From Adineta vaga (lineage: Eukaryota > Animalia > Rotifera), in the NCBI GenBank assembly GCA_021613535.1, contig CP075493.1:5270001-5334000 (forward strand): a DNA stretch of 64,000 bases, written 5' to 3'. The notes below the pieces were generated by a model that saw nothing but the letters and a program-made list of their open reading frames with translations, did not search any database and had not been told where the DNA came from. The translations under genes and the position numbers were made by a program. The first letter of the stretch is position 1, and each line of letters starts with the position of its first letter. Below, piece after piece: positions 60,940 to 64,000 of the stretch.

Positions 60940-63900
60940 TTAACCACGTGTATTTGCTACATTTTCTCGTTCGTCAAATTGATTCAAATCCAATGTAAGA
61001 CAATGACTAGTAATACAATCGCCGGGCTAGAAAAAGACGATTACATATAGAGACGAGAAATGATTTGTCAGTACATACTTCTGGATAGATACCAACAAGT
61101 GCATCAGCACGTGAATAAAATTGTTCTTTTAATGAAATAACAATACATTGAAATTCGGATGCAGATTGTTCACGAATAAAATCAGCGACTTTACCAATAT
61201 TTGTATTGTCAAGAGCAGCATCAACTTCATCAAGTAAAAAGAATGGTGCTGGTTTAAAACTAAATAAAAAAACACAATTAATTAGAAAAGAAAAAGGAAA
61301 TTTCGTATTTTGTCTTTGTTACCTTCTCAAAGCAAATAGTAGACATATAGCTGCAACAGTTTTTTCTCCACCAGATAAATTTTCCATAGCTTGAAAACGT
61401 TTGCCTGGTGCAACACAGTTGTATGTTATACCACCGCGATAAGGTTCTTCTGCATCTTCAGCTGTTAGACAAGCGACAGCAGCTTGAGAATTCGTTAAAG
61501 ATTTATAAATATCATCAATACATGTTGAAACATGTTCATACAAGGCATTAAATCGATCGTAACGTTCTTTTTTAATTTTTTCAAATGCTTGTCGGGCACG
61601 TTTCGCTGCATTACGTGCACGTTCAAATTCGGCATTGGTTAATTCAAATGTTGTTTTAACTTCACGTGAACGTGCATCAATGGCTGATGTTTGTGGTAAA
61701 TGTTTCTGTAATTGTGTTTCAATATCAGACATTTGTTTGATTAATAATTTTTCTTCTTTATCAACTTGTTCATAATTAATCTTTTTCAGATCATCACGTA
61801 AACGTTTATAATTCAATTCAAATTTATCTTCCATATCAAAGATTTGTTTGCTTTCATATTGACTTGTAGAATTTCCATCACCATTCAATATATTCGAAGA
61901 ATCTGTCGTCATAGTAGATGATTGAGTCTGAACTGTTGTTGGTTCATCGGAAGAAGATGTTTCAGCAAGTGAAATAGCAGCCATTGAACCAGCATTACCA
62001 CGAAATGGTAGTACAATTTCAGTGAGCTACAAGAATGAAAATATCAAGTGAATCTTTATTTGTTCTAAAATGATGTTCGAATCTAAAGGAAAAGACTCAT
62101 CGATAGATTGGAATGCTTACCTTAGCTGTTCGGAAAAAGTTATGTCTATCATGTCGTAATTTTTCAATATCACTTTCAATTAATTGTGAACGTTTTCGTT
62201 GTTCATTGAAATCTTTATTTAATTGAGCCGCACGTTTTGTACAATCGGATATTTCACGTTCTTGAAATTCAATTTTTTTCTTTTGATCAACTAATCGATC
62301 TTTAATTTCACTAATTTCATGTTGTAAATCTTCGATAACCTAAAAATCGAATCAAATAAACAATAAACAAATTCCAAGCAAATATGTGACATACTTTACG
62401 ATATTTCTTTTCATTTTTTTGACATTTTTGCAAAGCATCTTCTAATGTTACCACTTCCTGTCGAACTTGTTTCATATGAGCAGCTGTATCACGTGATCGT
62501 TCAAATTCTAGCATAGTTTGAATTTTTGTTATTTGATTTTCAAATTCTAAACGTTCTTGTGCACGTTTTTCAGCTGCTTGTAATTCACGATCTTCATAAA
62601 CACTACAAATAAATCAATTAGCATAAGAAGAAAAAGACGAGAATAGACTTTAGATCACCTACCGAATATTAGATACATGAATTTGTTTACAAAAATCAGC
62701 AAAAACTGCATCTTCGATTTTATTTTTTTGTATACGTAGTTTTGATATACGTTTTTCTCGTTCATTAATTGCTGCTTGTAATGCTTTGATTTTTGGCTGA
62801 AAAGAAAATTCGATAGGAATATTTGAAAAGAATAATAAATTTACAAACTTCATATGCCTCGAGTTTATCATTGAAATCAACGAGATCTTTTTCAAGTAGA
62901 ATTCTTTGTTTCTTTTCAGCTGTTTCTCGATCTGTTCTTGAATAACGTAATCGACTTTCTAATTGTTGTAATTGTGCTCTAAAAGAAATATCAATCAGCA
63001 AAATCTTTTATCTTCTATATTTTTCACGAACCGTGCATTGATTAATTCAGCTTCACGTCGTTTTTTCTTCTGTTGTTCTTTATATTCATCAAATAATTTA
63101 TCTTTACGTAATCGTAATGCATCAAGATGCTTCTCATCCCAACGTTTTGCACGAGCTTTTAATTCACTAGAAAAATAACAAAGGTCAATGGTTATTGTTA
63201 AAAAAACACAAAATCAAATAATTTTATTTACCTTGATCCACCAGAGATAACCCCTGATTTACTAAAAAGTGTTCCATTTAATGAAACAACTTTATTCTTT
63301 TGATTTCCACTTTCATAAGCAAGTCTTCGAGCATCATCGTCATTATCACACACAAGTGCATTACCACATGCATATAATATTGCTTTATAATATTGTTTAT
63401 CATATTTAATTACATCAAGAACTAATTTTACATTTTTGGGTTCTTGTAATTCACTAAAACAAGAATGGAAGTTTTTCTTTCTGTATTTTTTCTAAGAAAT
63501 AAAATCAATCAAGAAAATACTAACCGGAGTTGTTCGTTAACTGGCGTTACTTTGATGTAATCAAGTGGTAAGAATGTTTCAGGTTCATAACGATGTTCTT
63601 TCATGTAACGTAAACATGATTGAACAGTAGTTTCACGTTCAACAACAATAGAATCCATATTACGACCAAGAACTTTTGTTATAGCCATTTGAAAACGTTT
63701 ATGAGTTGGTTCACAAAGATCAATTAAACGGCCATACTAAATAGAGCAAATCATTCAGTATTCCAATATCTGAATCAAAACATATTTTCGATCATTCATA
63801 ACAAATACATACCACGCCGGGAAATTGTTTAAGATTTTCGATCAGTTCAGCACGTCGTTGTGCACGACTCGTTTCATTTCGATCAGACTATGAAAAATAC

Positions 63901-64000
63901 GAATTGAATTCTTTACAAATACAAAAATATCATAATAAACTTACACGTGCGTCACCAATTTCTTTGTTTACTTGATCAAGTTCTTCTTCAAGTTCTGCGC
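60940..64000 (-). CDS. SMC1: Cohesin subunit SMC1, 3' portion (5' end outside the window)
   Basis: [77 protein letters not shown]. Confidence 0.95.

Overview
AT-rich, gene-dense eukaryotic DNA with many short (~50-70 nt) GT-AG introns. The B-box+NHL gene, a microbial-type dehydrogenase with introns, a Cys-less pentameric channel and a TGAGGG/TGTGGG tract point to a bdelloid rotifer (inference, not verified). About 20 spliced genes can be assembled by hand, in order: Kir channel, MRPL55, ASCC3, FDH-like Zn dehydrogenase (HGT candidate), receptor guanylate cyclase, HIRA, Cys-less pLGIC, SMC3, PFDN6, an LRAT/PLAAT pseudogene not evident from the ORF track, B-box/NHL protein, mu-crystallin, lipin, DHX37, GMPR, a Ly6/quiver-like gene, an orphan gene, TMEM245, a second orphan with CxxC tandem repeats, a prominin-like gene and the 3' part of SMC1. 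Main leads: an operon-like co-oriented run (lipin-DHX37-GMPR and onward) with apparently unpaired splice acceptors, suggesting SL trans-splicing; a shared CTCF-like plus CCAAT promoter layout before ASCC3, HIRA and SMC3; linkage of both cohesin SMC genes; and a possible interstitial telomere scar. Gene identities come from recognised motifs only; no searches were run.
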